Positions 46,015 through 55,775 of a stretch of DNA of 64,000 bases are shown in pieces. The stretch lies in the NCBI GenBank assembly GCA_035500795.1, contig DATJWZ010000660.1, positions 3,358 through 67,357 on the forward strand, given 5' to 3'. The notes under the pieces are model-generated. The model ran no database searches and was not told the origin of the DNA. It saw only the letters and a program-made list of their open reading frames with translations. The stretch is from Candidatus Eiseniibacteriota bacterium. GTDB lineage: Bacteria > Acidobacteriota > Terriglobia > Terriglobales > Acidobacteriaceae. The stretch's first letter is position 1. Each line of letters starts with the position of its first letter. Position numbers and translations under genes: made by a program.

Positions 46015-49000
46015 CTAATTCCCGCCCTTTACGGTCAGTGTTACGGACTTGCTGTGTACAATGGCCCCGTTGCCGTATGACCCCGTGAATGTCAACGTGA
46101 ACGTACCGTGATTCACATTCTTACTAGCATTCAACGTAACAATGGAGCAAATTGGTTTGCCCTGAAGATTGTCTACCGATGGGCTAATACTGCATGAAGA
46201 GTTGGCAGGTGCTCCCGAACAACTCAGGGCGACTGAGCCCTTCAGGCCTCCAATCGGTGTAACGGTAATGCTATACAGAGCCTGATGTCCGGAGGAAATC
46301 GTCTCCGAACTCGGCGTCGCGCTGATAGAGAAATCCCCAACAGTGACTTGCACCGAACTGCTACTTGAACTGCCCAGGTAGTTCGCATCTCCACTATAGG
46401 TAGCCGTGAGGGTGCGAGTTCCAGTTGTCGAGAAAGTGATTGCGCAGCCGCCCGCAGACACCTGAGCAGCACACATCTCGCCACTGCTGGCTTTCACAGT
46501 GACGGTGCCAGTTGGTAAAGCAGCACCTGACACGCCAACAACGGTGACGCTGATCATCACCGGGCTACCTGGAACAGCCGGGTTCGGTGAGACAGAGGTA
46601 ATCGTCGTCAAACTAGCGGCCCGAATAACGGTGATCGGTACACTCGTCGAGGCGCCCGTGTAGTCGGTAGTGTCCGACGGTGTGAAGTTCGCCGTCAGTG
46701 TCTGCATCCCCACAGGAAGGATGGTTCCCGCGGCGGGAGTGTAAACGAACGTTCCGGGTACGTTCGCTGAGGCATTCAATTGTGCAGAAGTGAGTGGCGT
46801 GCCGTAAGTGATGGGGGAAGGCACGGTCCAACTAAGAGTGGGGGATGCTTGACTCACGATCAATAGAACAGATGCGACTGCATTGTTGTAATCCGTCGTA
46901 TCGCTTGGTGTAAATGTGACTGAAAGTGTTTGAGTTCCTGCACTGAGTACGGTTCCCGCTGCCGGCGAATAATTGAAAGTGCCGGAAGTGTTGGCCGTGG
47001 CGTTCAGCTGAGCGAAACTAAGAGCAGTGCCATAAGCGATGGGCGCCGGATTCGCCCAGGTGATCACAGGATTAGCTTTTCCGACTGTATACGTCACTGA
47101 ACTGGGCAGGCTCGGGTTCCCGACGAGATCCTGCGAATTCACGGTGAAAGTGTGGAGCCCGACGGAACTGTCGACCGGACTTGTAAGTATTCCTGTATTG
47201 GAAGTGGGAGGAATTTGCGTTGAGCCTGTCGGCCCACAGAGCACTACTCCCGAGCCGCCATCAGCACAGCTGTAACTGGCGCTCACCGATTGGCCAAACA
47301 CAGGCGAAGCTGGGGAAATCGTCGGAGGCGTGATGCTGGGTGCCAATTTGTCGACTTCGAATGGCCCGAATGGCCCTGCGGGAGCAGAAGTATTTCCCGC
47401 AATGTCTTGGACGGTTACTGCCGAAATCGTCGCACTATTCGTCTCGGTATTCGGAGGAACATTCGTTTGAACGTTGAATGACGAAGGTCCAGCCAGTCCC
47501 GAGCCATTGGCGTTGTCGCTCGCAGTGCAGGGGACGATTACGTCCGTGGCCTGCCACGTTGCGGTAGGCGGAGTGCAACTCACGGTAGGCGGAGTGAGAT
47601 CAGTCTTTATGATGAAGACGGGAGTGGCAGTGCTCACATTGTTGCCATCATTCGTTACCTGCGTCTCGATGACATTCGAACTGTCCGTCGCGGCATAGGT
47701 GATGGTAGTTGTGCCTTCCGTGGTGCCTGGGATCAGAATCGATCCAGTCGAGCCACTAATGTTTCCCGAGGAAGGACTCGGAGCATTCGGACCCGTCGCC
47801 TGCCAATTGATTGCACTTATGGTGGGGAGAGTCGAAGGCGGATTCGTGTTGTTGCTGGGCACTGTCTCGACGCTGTTGAAGTTGACGTTCACAGGTCCGT
47901 TGATCCAACCGCCGTTCAGCGGCGGAGTTGTTGTGATGCTGGTGCTGGGCTGAACCCCGCCGAAGATCGGGATGAGGACTGAATTGAAGTTGTTCGTGTG
48001 GCCATTGCTGGTCACGATGTCTCCATTGATGCTGGTAAAGACACTTACCAATCCCTTGCAACTGTTGTCCGCGGCAGCCCCGCAGCCGATCGCATTGTCT
48101 TTGCCCATGATGTATCCCGGAGCAGTGATCGGTTTTTGGGATGGGTCAATGTTGTATGTATTCGACACATTGATCAGCGGATTTCCGCCAGTCGTCAGGC
48201 AGTTTGATCCTTGCGGGTTTGAGTTGCTAGAAGTTGTGCAGAGATCCGTCGTTGTGACGCAAGCGTATGTGCCATTACCGGTGTCCTGATGTTGGCAGGT
48301 GCTTCCCTGAAATGGAGTGTTGTTCACGAGATCGGAGAACTGCTGATCGGTGATGGTCTGCACCGTACCTTGCATGAACAGCCCCTGGAAGGAGTTCGGG
48401 GGCAATCCGCTCTGCGAGTAGTCGGAGACGGCGCTGAGGCTTGAAGTGTAATTGAAGTTTGTCGGACTGGTGGGTTGGACCGGCTGATTGATAGTAATGG
48501 GCGAAAGTGGCCATTGGCTGAACGACCAGCTGATGATGTCGTTGTTTTCAACCGAAGAGCCTGTTGCTGCGGTGAATCCGACGTATGCGTTTGTCCCGCT
48601 GGTCAGGTTCAGCTGCTGTGTCAGGTCGATGGTCGTCTGCAAGATCAGCGTGCTATCGAAGTACACGCTCAGGTTATTGCAGCCGCTGGTGCACGACGCA
48701 GGCGGGAGATAGTTGACGGTGATCGTATGTGCGAGTCCATCGCTCAGAGAAAGGCCCGATGGCAAGCTTTGGAGCCCGAGATTTGCCAGGCTCCCATTCG
48801 GGCAGACGTAGTTGTGATCGGCGCTATTGGGAGTGAGAGTGCTGCTGTTGTTAGGCCCGCAGCTCTGCACGGCAATGTGATTGCCATTTGGATCGCTGTA
48901 GTTTGAGTTCTGGAAGGTATCGAGTTCGACAGCCAGACTGTTCAGAATTGCGGCACCCGGACCGTGAGCAGTCGAAACATCGTTATTACCATACGAGAGG

Positions 49001-49431
49001 TTTTGACCGTTTCCGGTGTAGCCGATGGCGCCGGTTCCGGAGGGATCATTCTGAATTACGACAGCAAGGCCGTCCGCCGGAAACGAGCACCCACGGCATG
49101 CATTCGATTTAGAAACCTGAAACTGAAAAGCGGTGGTAAATCCAGTGGAAAGTGGCTGCTGAATCTTGAACCATGCTGAGCCATGCTGGTTCAGATTGGC
49201 AGTCGTTAGACGCAGAGCTCCGCTGCTGGTTATCTGCGGACGTGAAGGCGAGCCGTTCGTCAAGATTTGGCACGATGGCGGCGGATTGCCACTATTCGCA
49301 CACACGTTCGTGGTTGTGAATCCGCCAACTGGGAAGCTGAACGACTGTGCTGCTGCTGGTGTTGCTGATGCGGCTGTAAGAACCAGGACCGCCAAAACTG
49401 CCGTCAAAAGACACCACGCCCGTCCGCGCAT
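46015..49431 (-). CDS. Giant secreted surface protein: N-terminal L-type lectin/ConA-like domain plus Ig-like repeats
   Basis: The ATG at 49431 gives signal peptide MRGRAWCLLTAVLAVLVLTAASATPAAAQS (the track start is 49566). The legume-lectin-like block is LRLTTANLNQHGSAWF...DGLAVVIQND...LAVELDTFQN. The rest is Thr/Ser/Asn/Pro-rich with Ig-like modules. Confidence 0.75.
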   Translation of the reverse strand: MRGRAWCLLTAVLAVLVLTAASATPAAAQSFSFPVGGFTTTNVCANSGNPPPSCQILTNGSPSRPQITSSGALRLTTANLNQHGSAWFKIQQPLSTGFTTAFQFQVSKSNACRGCSFPADGLAVVIQNDPSGTGAIGYTGNGQNLSYGNNDVSTAHGPGAAILNSLAVELDTFQNSNYSDPNGNHIAVQSCGPNNSSTLTPNSADHNYVCPNGSLANLGLQSLPSGLSLSDGLAHTITVNYLPPASCTSGCNNLSVYFDSTLILQTTIDLTQQLNLTSGTNAYVGFTAATGSSVENNDIISWSFSQWPLSPITINQPVQPTSPTNFNYTSSLSAVSDYSQSGLPPNSFQGLFMQGTVQTITDQQFSDLVNNTPFQGSTCQHQDTGNGTYACVTTTDLCTTSSNSNPQGSNCLTTGGNPLINVSNTYNIDPSQKPITAPGYIMGKDNAIGCGAAADNSCKGLVSVFTSINGDIVTSNGHTNNFNSVLIPIFGGVQPSTSITTTPPLNGGWINGPVNVNFNSVETVPSNNTNPPSTLPTISAINWQATGPNAPSPSSGNISGSTGSILIPGTTEGTTTITYAATDSSNVIETQVTNDGNNVSTATPVFIIKTDLTPPTVSCTPPTATWQATDVIVPCTASDNANGSGLAGPSSFNVQTNVPPNTETNSATISAVTVQDIAGNTSAPAGPFGPFEVDKLAPSITPPTISPASPVFGQSVSASYSCADGGSGVVLCGPTGSTQIPPTSNTGILTSPVDSSVGLHTFTVNSQDLVGNPSLPSSVTYTVGKANPVITWANPAPIAYGTALSFAQLNATANTSGTFNYSPAAGTVLSAGTQTLSVTFTPSDTTDYNNAVASVLLIVSQASPTLSWTVPSPITYGTPLTSAQLNASANVPGTFVYTPAAGTILPVGMQTLTANFTPSDTTDYTGASTSVPITVIRAASLTTITSVSPNPAVPGSPVMISVTVVGVSGAALPTGTVTVKASSGEMCAAQVSAGGCAITFSTTGTRTLTATYSGDANYLGSSSSSSVQVTVGDFSISATPSSETISSGHQALYSITVTPIGGLKGSVALSCSGAPANSSCSISPSVDNLQGKPICSIVTLNASKNVNHGTFTLTFTGSYGNGAIVHSKSVTLTVKGGN
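46621..47076 (-). repeat. Tandem duplication of a 76-aa (228-nt) module inside the surface-protein gene
   Basis: The units ANPVITWANPAPIAYGTALSFAQLNATANTSGTFNYSPAAGTVLSAGTQTLSVTFTPSDTTDYNN... and ASPTLSWTVPSPITYGTPLTSAQLNASANVPGTFVYTPAAGTILPVGMQTLTANFTPSDTTDYTG... share 44/76 identical residues by eye. The pattern resembles MBG/YG-type adhesin repeats. Confidence 0.7.
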
Positions 49432-49744
49432 AATTGTTCTCCATAGCAAGCCGCCGCTGAGCGCACGAAATCGTGCCGCACTTCGCTCCGCGAGCGAATG
49501 CCCAAAAAGTTGAACTAAATGAAACGTCCCAGAACCAGGACCACAAAAAGGGGGAAGGTTCGCCAAAAAAAATCTTGGCAGCGAGCTATTCTCTAGACAT
49601 TACTGAGTGGTGTCAAGCTGACATTAAATATAGTGATCCGACCTCGGCAAAAGAAGACAGCAAGTGGCTCGCATGGGAAGGAAGTGCAACATTCTTCACA
49701 TAACGGAGCTCATTTCTTTCCTATCCCTCAGTCACAGTGGCATT

Positions 49745-50809
49745 TCATCCGGTTACTGAGGCCAATTTCTGCTCCGATCTTTCGGCCAGGAGCGCGTTCA
49801 GCTTCGAAATCACTTCGAACGCATCCGCCACGTAGAGCACATCGGCTTTACCCCGAGCCCATCCGCAGTTGGGGTCGAGATTGATGGCGCGACGCTCATT
49901 GATGAACCGCCATCCGACAACGTGTGGTTCCTCGCCGTGACAACATGTGGAAAGCCCTCTGGGATGACGCGGCGTAGATCCGGTTTGTCCGATCTGGTTG
50001 AGATGAGTCATGAATCCGAGAACAGACTGATTTTCACCCGTCTGATCTACCAGCGACTTGCTTCCCCCGAGTGAGGCTCCCGAGTTCTTGAGGAATTCCA
50101 AAATCGCCGATTCGGCTTCCGCGACATGGGTCTTTCCGTCTGCCTGCTTCTTGCACCATCCGGCACCTGCGACAAACAAGAGCTTTGCGTCGGGACGAAT
50201 GGTCTGCGCGCTGCTTTGGGGAACTTTGATTCCTGCGAATTCGGTACGCTTTGCCGGCGAAGGAAGCGATACTGCGACCTCTTTCACCGCGGCTAGTGAA
50301 GGCGGACCGCTCCATGGTTCATGACATCCGGGATCGATCGCCAAGAACCACGGACCGCCCTGCCTCTGGATGACGCCTTCCAGCCGTTGCCGATAAAACC
50401 AGCGTCGCGCGGTAATAGCGCCATCGATGGATTCGATAGCAGTGACGTGCGTATCGACCTGGCCTTGAATTCTGTGCGCGACACCGGGCATGACACGCAA
50501 AAGCCGCGAAGTACCAGGCCCGATTACCATGTCGGCGGATGCTTGCATGCAGATTGCTTCGACGGCGGCGGCATCGGTGGAATAGCGTGGATGAGCGAAG
50601 TCGGTGCCGGATACCGTGAAAATCTCGGATGTGGCTGACGCGATACTGTTCGCTGCTTCCTGAACCTGCTCTCCGAAGATCCCTACGGCGAGGTTCGCGC
50701 CCGAGCTTTTGGCGAGTTCCATCGCGGCGCCCAAGACTTCAAATGCCGGGCGCGGCAATGTGTCTCCCGATTCATCTACGTGCACGATCAGCAGAATTTT
50801 CTTTGGCAT
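49745..50809 (-). CDS. etfA: Electron transfer flavoprotein alpha-subunit homolog with a divergent FAD-signature region
   Basis: The ATG at 50809 is preceded by SD GAGGAA (the track start is 50848). The C-terminal ETF-alpha block is QIGQTGSTPRHPRGLSTCCHGEEPHVVGWRFINERRAINLD, where canonical proteins read ...GISGAIQH..G......I.AIN. Confidence 0.78.
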   Translation of the reverse strand: MPKKILLIVHVDESGDTLPRPAFEVLGAAMELAKSSGANLAVGIFGEQVQEAANSIASATSEIFTVSGTDFAHPRYSTDAAAVEAICMQASADMVIGPGTSRLLRVMPGVAHRIQGQVDTHVTAIESIDGAITARRWFYRQRLEGVIQRQGGPWFLAIDPGCHEPWSGPPSLAAVKEVAVSLPSPAKRTEFAGIKVPQSSAQTIRPDAKLLFVAGAGWCKKQADGKTHVAEAESAILEFLKNSGASLGGSKSLVDQTGENQSVLGFMTHLNQIGQTGSTPRHPRGLSTCCHGEEPHVVGWRFINERRAINLDPNCGWARGKADVLYVADAFEVISKLNALLAERSEQKLASVTG

Positions 50810-50829
50810 GAGTTCCTCAATCCAGAGCG

Positions 50830-51639
50830 CTAGTCTTCCGTGATCCATTCCGCAAGTTCGGCGGCGATCTCGTCCACCGGACGATCCTTCACGATGCGCG
50901 TCTGTCGCTGTTGCTTAGGGGGTGTGACGCTCAGAAACTTCAGGTTCTGTGCCAGTTGGTTTGGCTTCGCTTTCTGCAGCGCTGGAATGATCGTGCGCAT
51001 ATTGGCCATTCCAATCTGTGGATTATTTCGCGGCTCCGGCAGATTGCCCGTGGCCCAACCGAGCAGCGCAGGAGACCCTTGGCAGATGGATGCAAGATGA
51101 CGTCCGCCCTCGATGCGCTCGAGAATTTCGAACGATCCGTCGGGTTGAACTGTGATTTGGTCGACGCCTTGGAATTGATCCGTTATTCCAAGTCGCTCGC
51201 CTACTAGCTGCATGGTCACGCCTGCACCACGCGACGGCGATTCCCAGCCGCCGAACAGCAGCAGCCGCGAGCTGTCGAGGCCTGAGATAGATTCGATTGC
51301 ATTGGCTAAGAGCTTTGCAACTTCGTGGGCGTCACTGAAGCCGCTTGCCGGCGCGTCGACTGGTATCAATTCAAAGCTGGCTTTTTGGGCGATGTTCATC
51401 ATGACTTGTTGCAGTTTGGATTTCGGCGCCGCACAGACGAGCCAGAGTTTGCTGCCAGGATGATGCGAAACCAGATTCGCGGCCTCGTACAGCGCATGGG
51501 ATGCCCATGGGTCCAGCACTGCGGGCAGCATCATCTCGTTTTTCAGCGCCGGGCCGGTTGGGGTAGTGACTGGTTCCAATGTTTGCAAGGGGTCGGGCAC
51601 GATGCCGGCGCAAACGACGATGTGAAAAACGTTGCTCAT
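50830..51639 (-). CDS. etfB: Electron transfer flavoprotein beta-subunit homolog
   Basis: 269 aa. N-terminus HIVVCAGIVPDP and the overall EtfB-like layout. It lies directly upstream of etfA. Confidence 0.78.
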   Translation of the reverse strand: MSNVFHIVVCAGIVPDPLQTLEPVTTPTGPALKNEMMLPAVLDPWASHALYEAANLVSHHPGSKLWLVCAAPKSKLQQVMMNIAQKASFELIPVDAPASGFSDAHEVAKLLANAIESISGLDSSRLLLFGGWESPSRGAGVTMQLVGERLGITDQFQGVDQITVQPDGSFEILERIEGGRHLASICQGSPALLGWATGNLPEPRNNPQIGMANMRTIIPALQKAKPNQLAQNLKFLSVTPPKQQRQTRIVKDRPVDEIAAELAEWITED

Positions 51640-51656
51640 TGTTTCTCATCCTTAAG

Positions 51657-53501
51657 TCAATTGAGGGTTGAGTGCAATCCTCCAGCGCCGGCCTGAAAAT
51701 CCACGTTTCGGGCAGGACAGTTCCACAGACACGCGCCGCAGTGGATGCACTTCTCCCGATCAAATGCAGGAACGCCATTTTCGCCGCGGGTAATGGCCTG
51801 TCCGGAGCACATCTCAACGCACAAATTCGGCTCACATTCCTGGCATAGTTCTGGCTGCCGAAAGATGACATGATTCGCATAGCCCGCCGCTGCCTGGACG
51901 CTTCCCCCCATCAGCAGCGCGTCTTGATGCGAAATCAAGAGGTGCCCATCCAGCGGGATAGCTGGCCATCCGCATCGGTCCATGATGCGATCGTGCAGCG
52001 CGACGTGCTGCTCCATACACTGAAGTTGGATTTCCTGCAACTCTGCCGATGGCATTCGCTTGCCGACGAAATCTTCGAGCGAGAATTGCTTTGGCCTTCT
52101 TTTAGGCACCGGGAACGAGATCGCCCCTCCGGTGAGACCAGCCAGGGCCATGCCGATGAGCCCACGCATAACAGAATGCTCGAATCCGTTGCGGGCATCG
52201 GCTGCGACTCTGGATTCCGCATCAACCCAACTGTGCCTACGCCTTCGAACGTAGGTGCTTTCCAGATTGCCTTTTGTAAACGGCTTTTTCTGCTCCAAGA
52301 GTTCGACAACGGCTTCTGCCAACTGAACGCCAGTCGTCCAAGCCTCGTCGACGCCCGATCCGGCGAGAACGTTCGTGCTGCCCGATCCTTCTCCAATCCG
52401 CGCGTAGCCGTTTCCGACGAGAAAGGGTTCGCCGTGCCGCCCGGATTCCTGAAGGGATTTCGCGGCCCACGATTTCAGTGTTCCGCCTTGAAGATGTCTC
52501 CACAAGTATGGATGGAGCATGTAGTGTTGCAGATAGCGATACGCGGTACGTACCGGGCTGCGAAACCATGAAGGAATGAAGATGCCGACAGATGCCAGCC
52601 GATCGGGATGTACGTAAAGAAAGCCGAAGATCTCCGGTTCGGGGAAGCCGATGGTGTGCAGGACCGTTCCCGGCTCTAGTCCGGAGTTTTCCCGCAGTTC
52701 GACGACCATCTTCATACCGAGGGCCCATTCCCGGTGTTCGTTGCCCTTGGGCAGGCCGAAGTGCGAATCCAGCTTCTGGCCGACGGTTCCTACCGGGCCG
52801 TCTGCGACGACGGTCAGTCCTGCGCTAACATCCATGCCCGCCATGAACCCGTCGCCGGGAGTTCCGTCGAGATTGACACCCTGATCGGTGAGGCGTATTC
52901 CGCAGACCGCGTTCTGATCAATTAGAGGCTCGGCAACTGGCATGCCCGGCCACAGCTGAACTGACCCAGAAGCCGTGATTTGCTCTCCGACCCACTGGTT
53001 GAATTGACCGAGAGAGAAGATCATCCCGTCATGTTTCTGCATGAATTTCGGAAGGAAGGGAATTTCGACAGCATCGTGCTTCAACCGGGAGAGTGTGGGG
53101 AACGCTCGGATCAGCTGGTCCTGCAGCCGAAACGCTAACGACCGGTGACTCGCCCCAAATGGATCAAGCAGATACAGAAGTTTTTCACTCGTGACGGGAG
53201 CCGCCATCGGAATCTGGCTCAGATCTGAATCCGGGAAGCTCGCGCGAATTCCCCGCGCTCGCGTTACGGCCCCCGAAGCTCCGAAGCCAAGGCCGCCCGC
53301 TCGTTCGTAGCAGATAACCTGCAGCGGTAGTCCCGGCGAAGTTGAGCTCTCAAATCGCGGAGAGCCGTCTTCATTCATCAGCTTGCGAGAGAGCGTGGTC
53401 AGGAACCCGCCCATGGCAGGTCCGAATCCGACTCCCGCGATGTCGACAGAGATTTGTTGGCGTTCAACGTCGCTCGCCGGTGATGGAGCAAAAGCGCTCA
53501 T
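51657..53501 (-). CDS. ETF:quinone oxidoreductase-like flavoprotein with C-terminal 4Fe-4S ferredoxin domain (FixC-FixX-type fusion)
   Basis: The ATG at 53501 overlaps the upstream stop (ATGA); the track start at 53780 is an in-gene extension. FAD fold VDIAGVGFGPAMGG. C-terminal CVEMCSGQAI...CIHCGACLWNCP. Confidence 0.85.
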   Translation of the reverse strand: MSAFAPSPASDVERQQISVDIAGVGFGPAMGGFLTTLSRKLMNEDGSPRFESSTSPGLPLQVICYERAGGLGFGASGAVTRARGIRASFPDSDLSQIPMAAPVTSEKLLYLLDPFGASHRSLAFRLQDQLIRAFPTLSRLKHDAVEIPFLPKFMQKHDGMIFSLGQFNQWVGEQITASGSVQLWPGMPVAEPLIDQNAVCGIRLTDQGVNLDGTPGDGFMAGMDVSAGLTVVADGPVGTVGQKLDSHFGLPKGNEHREWALGMKMVVELRENSGLEPGTVLHTIGFPEPEIFGFLYVHPDRLASVGIFIPSWFRSPVRTAYRYLQHYMLHPYLWRHLQGGTLKSWAAKSLQESGRHGEPFLVGNGYARIGEGSGSTNVLAGSGVDEAWTTGVQLAEAVVELLEQKKPFTKGNLESTYVRRRRHSWVDAESRVAADARNGFEHSVMRGLIGMALAGLTGGAISFPVPKRRPKQFSLEDFVGKRMPSAELQEIQLQCMEQHVALHDRIMDRCGWPAIPLDGHLLISHQDALLMGGSVQAAAGYANHVIFRQPELCQECEPNLCVEMCSGQAITRGENGVPAFDREKCIHCGACLWNCPARNVDFQAGAGGLHSTLN

Positions 53502-55711
53502 GCGGGATAATCCAGCGCTTCTGGAATCATGATCTCTGAGATAGTTTCTGCAGCACGGCTTTTGGCAAGGCGCGAACCAGTGAGACATCCGTCGAGCTTC
53601 GCGTGAAGCGACAGGAACGGACTCTCTGCAGCACAACTCACGCAAGGACCGGCCTTCTTGGGATGCGATCCGTTCTCGCCGATGACATCCAGTGCGTACG
53701 AATTGATTCCCGGCATTACTTGTTCGAGGAAGTCGAGTTCGTCGCCATGCCAACAACCTCTCCTTCCTTCCGTGTCCCACTCTGGATGACGGTTGTAGCC
53801 GAAGACCAGTTCCGCGCAGATCCGGGCGACTTCACCGCTTGCGCGCGCGGTTTGCACGTGGCACAGATCTTTCAGGAAGTTCACCAGTCCTGGTAGCCCC
53901 TCGGCGAGCGACGGATCTGCTGCGCCTTCGCGTTCCAGCCGGAGTACGTCAACGATCTGGCATCGAGCGGCAACGAGCCAGCAAAGAGCGTCCGCAAGTG
54001 GGAAAGTCACACCCTGTCGCGCGCTCTGATACAACTTGGAACCATCCGGATCCCTGCTGGTCTGCAGGTGTTCGAGCGTCCAGAGCCACATCGTCATCGC
54101 GGTGGCGATGGTGCACGCCCCGGTACCCGGATGGTCGGAGGCGATCTCGCGCATCTCGCGGACCCAGCTGCGTACCTGCGCCAGAAATATTGGTTGCGCC
54201 ATCGTGATCGACAGCTGCCGGCGCTGAACCGCTTCCGGGCCTTCGTAGGTGGCCTCGAGTTGGGCGTCCATCCACTTGTTGGCGAGGAATCCGGGACAGT
54301 CTTCGGTGATTCCGTAACCTCCCATCAGACTTACGGCTTCGCGCATCATCTGCGTGCCCCAACCGGTGTTCCAGAGCTTGGCGGCGGGGCAGAGAACGTC
54401 GGCGAGAGAGTCCAGCATCGCAAACCGGAGTTGCGAGTCCGAATGCAGAGCTTCTTTTCGAGAATCACCGTCCGGAAGTTTGATCAGTTCGATGGCACGA
54501 TCCGCTGCCTCACGCATGAATCTCATTTTTGCCTTTGCGCCAGAGATCCCACGTTCGGCGTAGACCTGATCCATCTGTTTCTCAAGCGGATCGAGTTCGT
54601 CGAAGGAGCGTGCTGCCGCGAATGCCAGAGATGCGCTGGCTTCTCCGGTGGCCCACACGTCCACGAGGCGATGGACAGCGTCTTCCCGCGCTTGCAAGCC
54701 CAGTTCATAGCGCACCGATCCCGGTGCAGCACTTTCGCCGCCGCGAAATCTTCCACGCTGATATCGAATGATGGGCTCAACCGCAGAAAGAAGTTTTGCG
54801 GATGTCATCACGCCAACCGTCACGCGCGTGCGGCGAAGGACCGCTTCAATAATCTCGCTGTGGTTGTAACGGGGAACGATCACGCCATCTTTTAGGTCGT
54901 ATCCGCCCACAATGCGGCTTGCGGGTATGCGCAGGTTGAAAACCGGGTCGCCAGTTGATGAGAGTTGGTGAACTAGCTTTTTCGTCGGAGTTCCGCGGTC
55001 AAACGTTCCTTGATCACCTTCCTCAAGGATGACCATGCAGCTGCCCATGATCCGCTCATCGTCGGAATCGACCGCAGCTGTGACAAAATTGGCGAAGGCA
55101 ATGTTGGTGATAAACCGCCCGCGCTTATCTACATGCAAAACCGGCTCTTCGCCCGGCTTCCATTCAACTATCCGGACCTTGCCATTCAGGACTCCGGTAT
55201 CGACGCCGACGTAGGGGATCGGTTCGGTAAGGCAGAATGCGCCGCGCCACGGCTTGCGGTCCTCTCCGGGCTGCGGCGGGGCTGCTCGCTTCATATAATG
55301 CCGCTGCTGCTCTTCAGTGCCGCGCTCGTGGATGGGAGCGAGGGCCAGGCAGCTTGCAAGACTGGCGGTCGCAGCGCCTCCGTCCACCCACGCCAGTTCG
55401 AAAGCAACTAGGGCCAACGCCAGGTTCTTGGGGCCGGCAAACATTCCTCCTTGTTCCGGGTCCATGAAGACAGCCGTAATGCCTGCGTTATCAAAGTCAT
55501 CCAGCAGGGCAGCTTTGCCTTCAGTCCACTCGTGGGAGTTTCTGCCACCAGCGGCCACCAATCTTGCCACCGGGCCTCGCGCCACGGCTCTTGTGGACTG
55601 CACCAGCAATTGCAAATCGAAGCGGTCGGAAAATCCCCATTGCACCTGACGGGCGGCATCACTGGGAAGGGTCCGCAGGGCTTCGGGCGAAACTGGGGTT
55701 GCAGTAGCCAT
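53498..55711 (-). CDS. Large (737 aa) acyl-CoA dehydrogenase family protein
   Basis: ACAD-like N-terminal and middle domains (GITAVFMDPEQGG, AFCLTEPIPYVGVDTG), with a C-terminal helical domain that is extended relative to about 380-aa ACADs. It is the first gene of a four-gene operon with ETF-QO and EtfBA. Confidence 0.78.
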   Translation of the reverse strand: MATATPVSPEALRTLPSDAARQVQWGFSDRFDLQLLVQSTRAVARGPVARLVAAGGRNSHEWTEGKAALLDDFDNAGITAVFMDPEQGGMFAGPKNLALALVAFELAWVDGGAATASLASCLALAPIHERGTEEQQRHYMKRAAPPQPGEDRKPWRGAFCLTEPIPYVGVDTGVLNGKVRIVEWKPGEEPVLHVDKRGRFITNIAFANFVTAAVDSDDERIMGSCMVILEEGDQGTFDRGTPTKKLVHQLSSTGDPVFNLRIPASRIVGGYDLKDGVIVPRYNHSEIIEAVLRRTRVTVGVMTSAKLLSAVEPIIRYQRGRFRGGESAAPGSVRYELGLQAREDAVHRLVDVWATGEASASLAFAAARSFDELDPLEKQMDQVYAERGISGAKAKMRFMREAADRAIELIKLPDGDSRKEALHSDSQLRFAMLDSLADVLCPAAKLWNTGWGTQMMREAVSLMGGYGITEDCPGFLANKWMDAQLEATYEGPEAVQRRQLSITMAQPIFLAQVRSWVREMREIASDHPGTGACTIATAMTMWLWTLEHLQTSRDPDGSKLYQSARQGVTFPLADALCWLVAARCQIVDVLRLEREGAADPSLAEGLPGLVNFLKDLCHVQTARASGEVARICAELVFGYNRHPEWDTEGRRGCWHGDELDFLEQVMPGINSYALDVIGENGSHPKKAGPCVSCAAESPFLSLHAKLDGCLTGSRLAKSRAAETISEIMIPEALDYPA

Positions 55712-55775
55712 GAAGTCTCCTTATTTAGGAGAAAAGACTCGGAAGGAATTCTGAGGGCGCAGGCCGCGGAGGGTC

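Noticed and set aside
49649-49672. A weak hairpin GCGAG-cca-CUUGC followed by a U-rich tract downstream of etfA, as a possible terminator
   Set aside because: The stem is only 5 bp including a G-U pair, and the U-tract is interrupted. This is too weak to call.
53502-53780. N-terminal extension of the ETF-QO ORF in the track. Comparable extensions occur at 5364-5414 (ackA), 49432-49566 (lectin protein), 59967-60053 (dehydrogenase), 50810-50848 (etfA) and 27824-27892 (small CxxC ORF).
   Set aside because: The extensions overlap the preceding gene in another frame, have non-protein-like composition, and sit upstream of internal starts with better SD sequences, signal peptides or canonical family N-termini.
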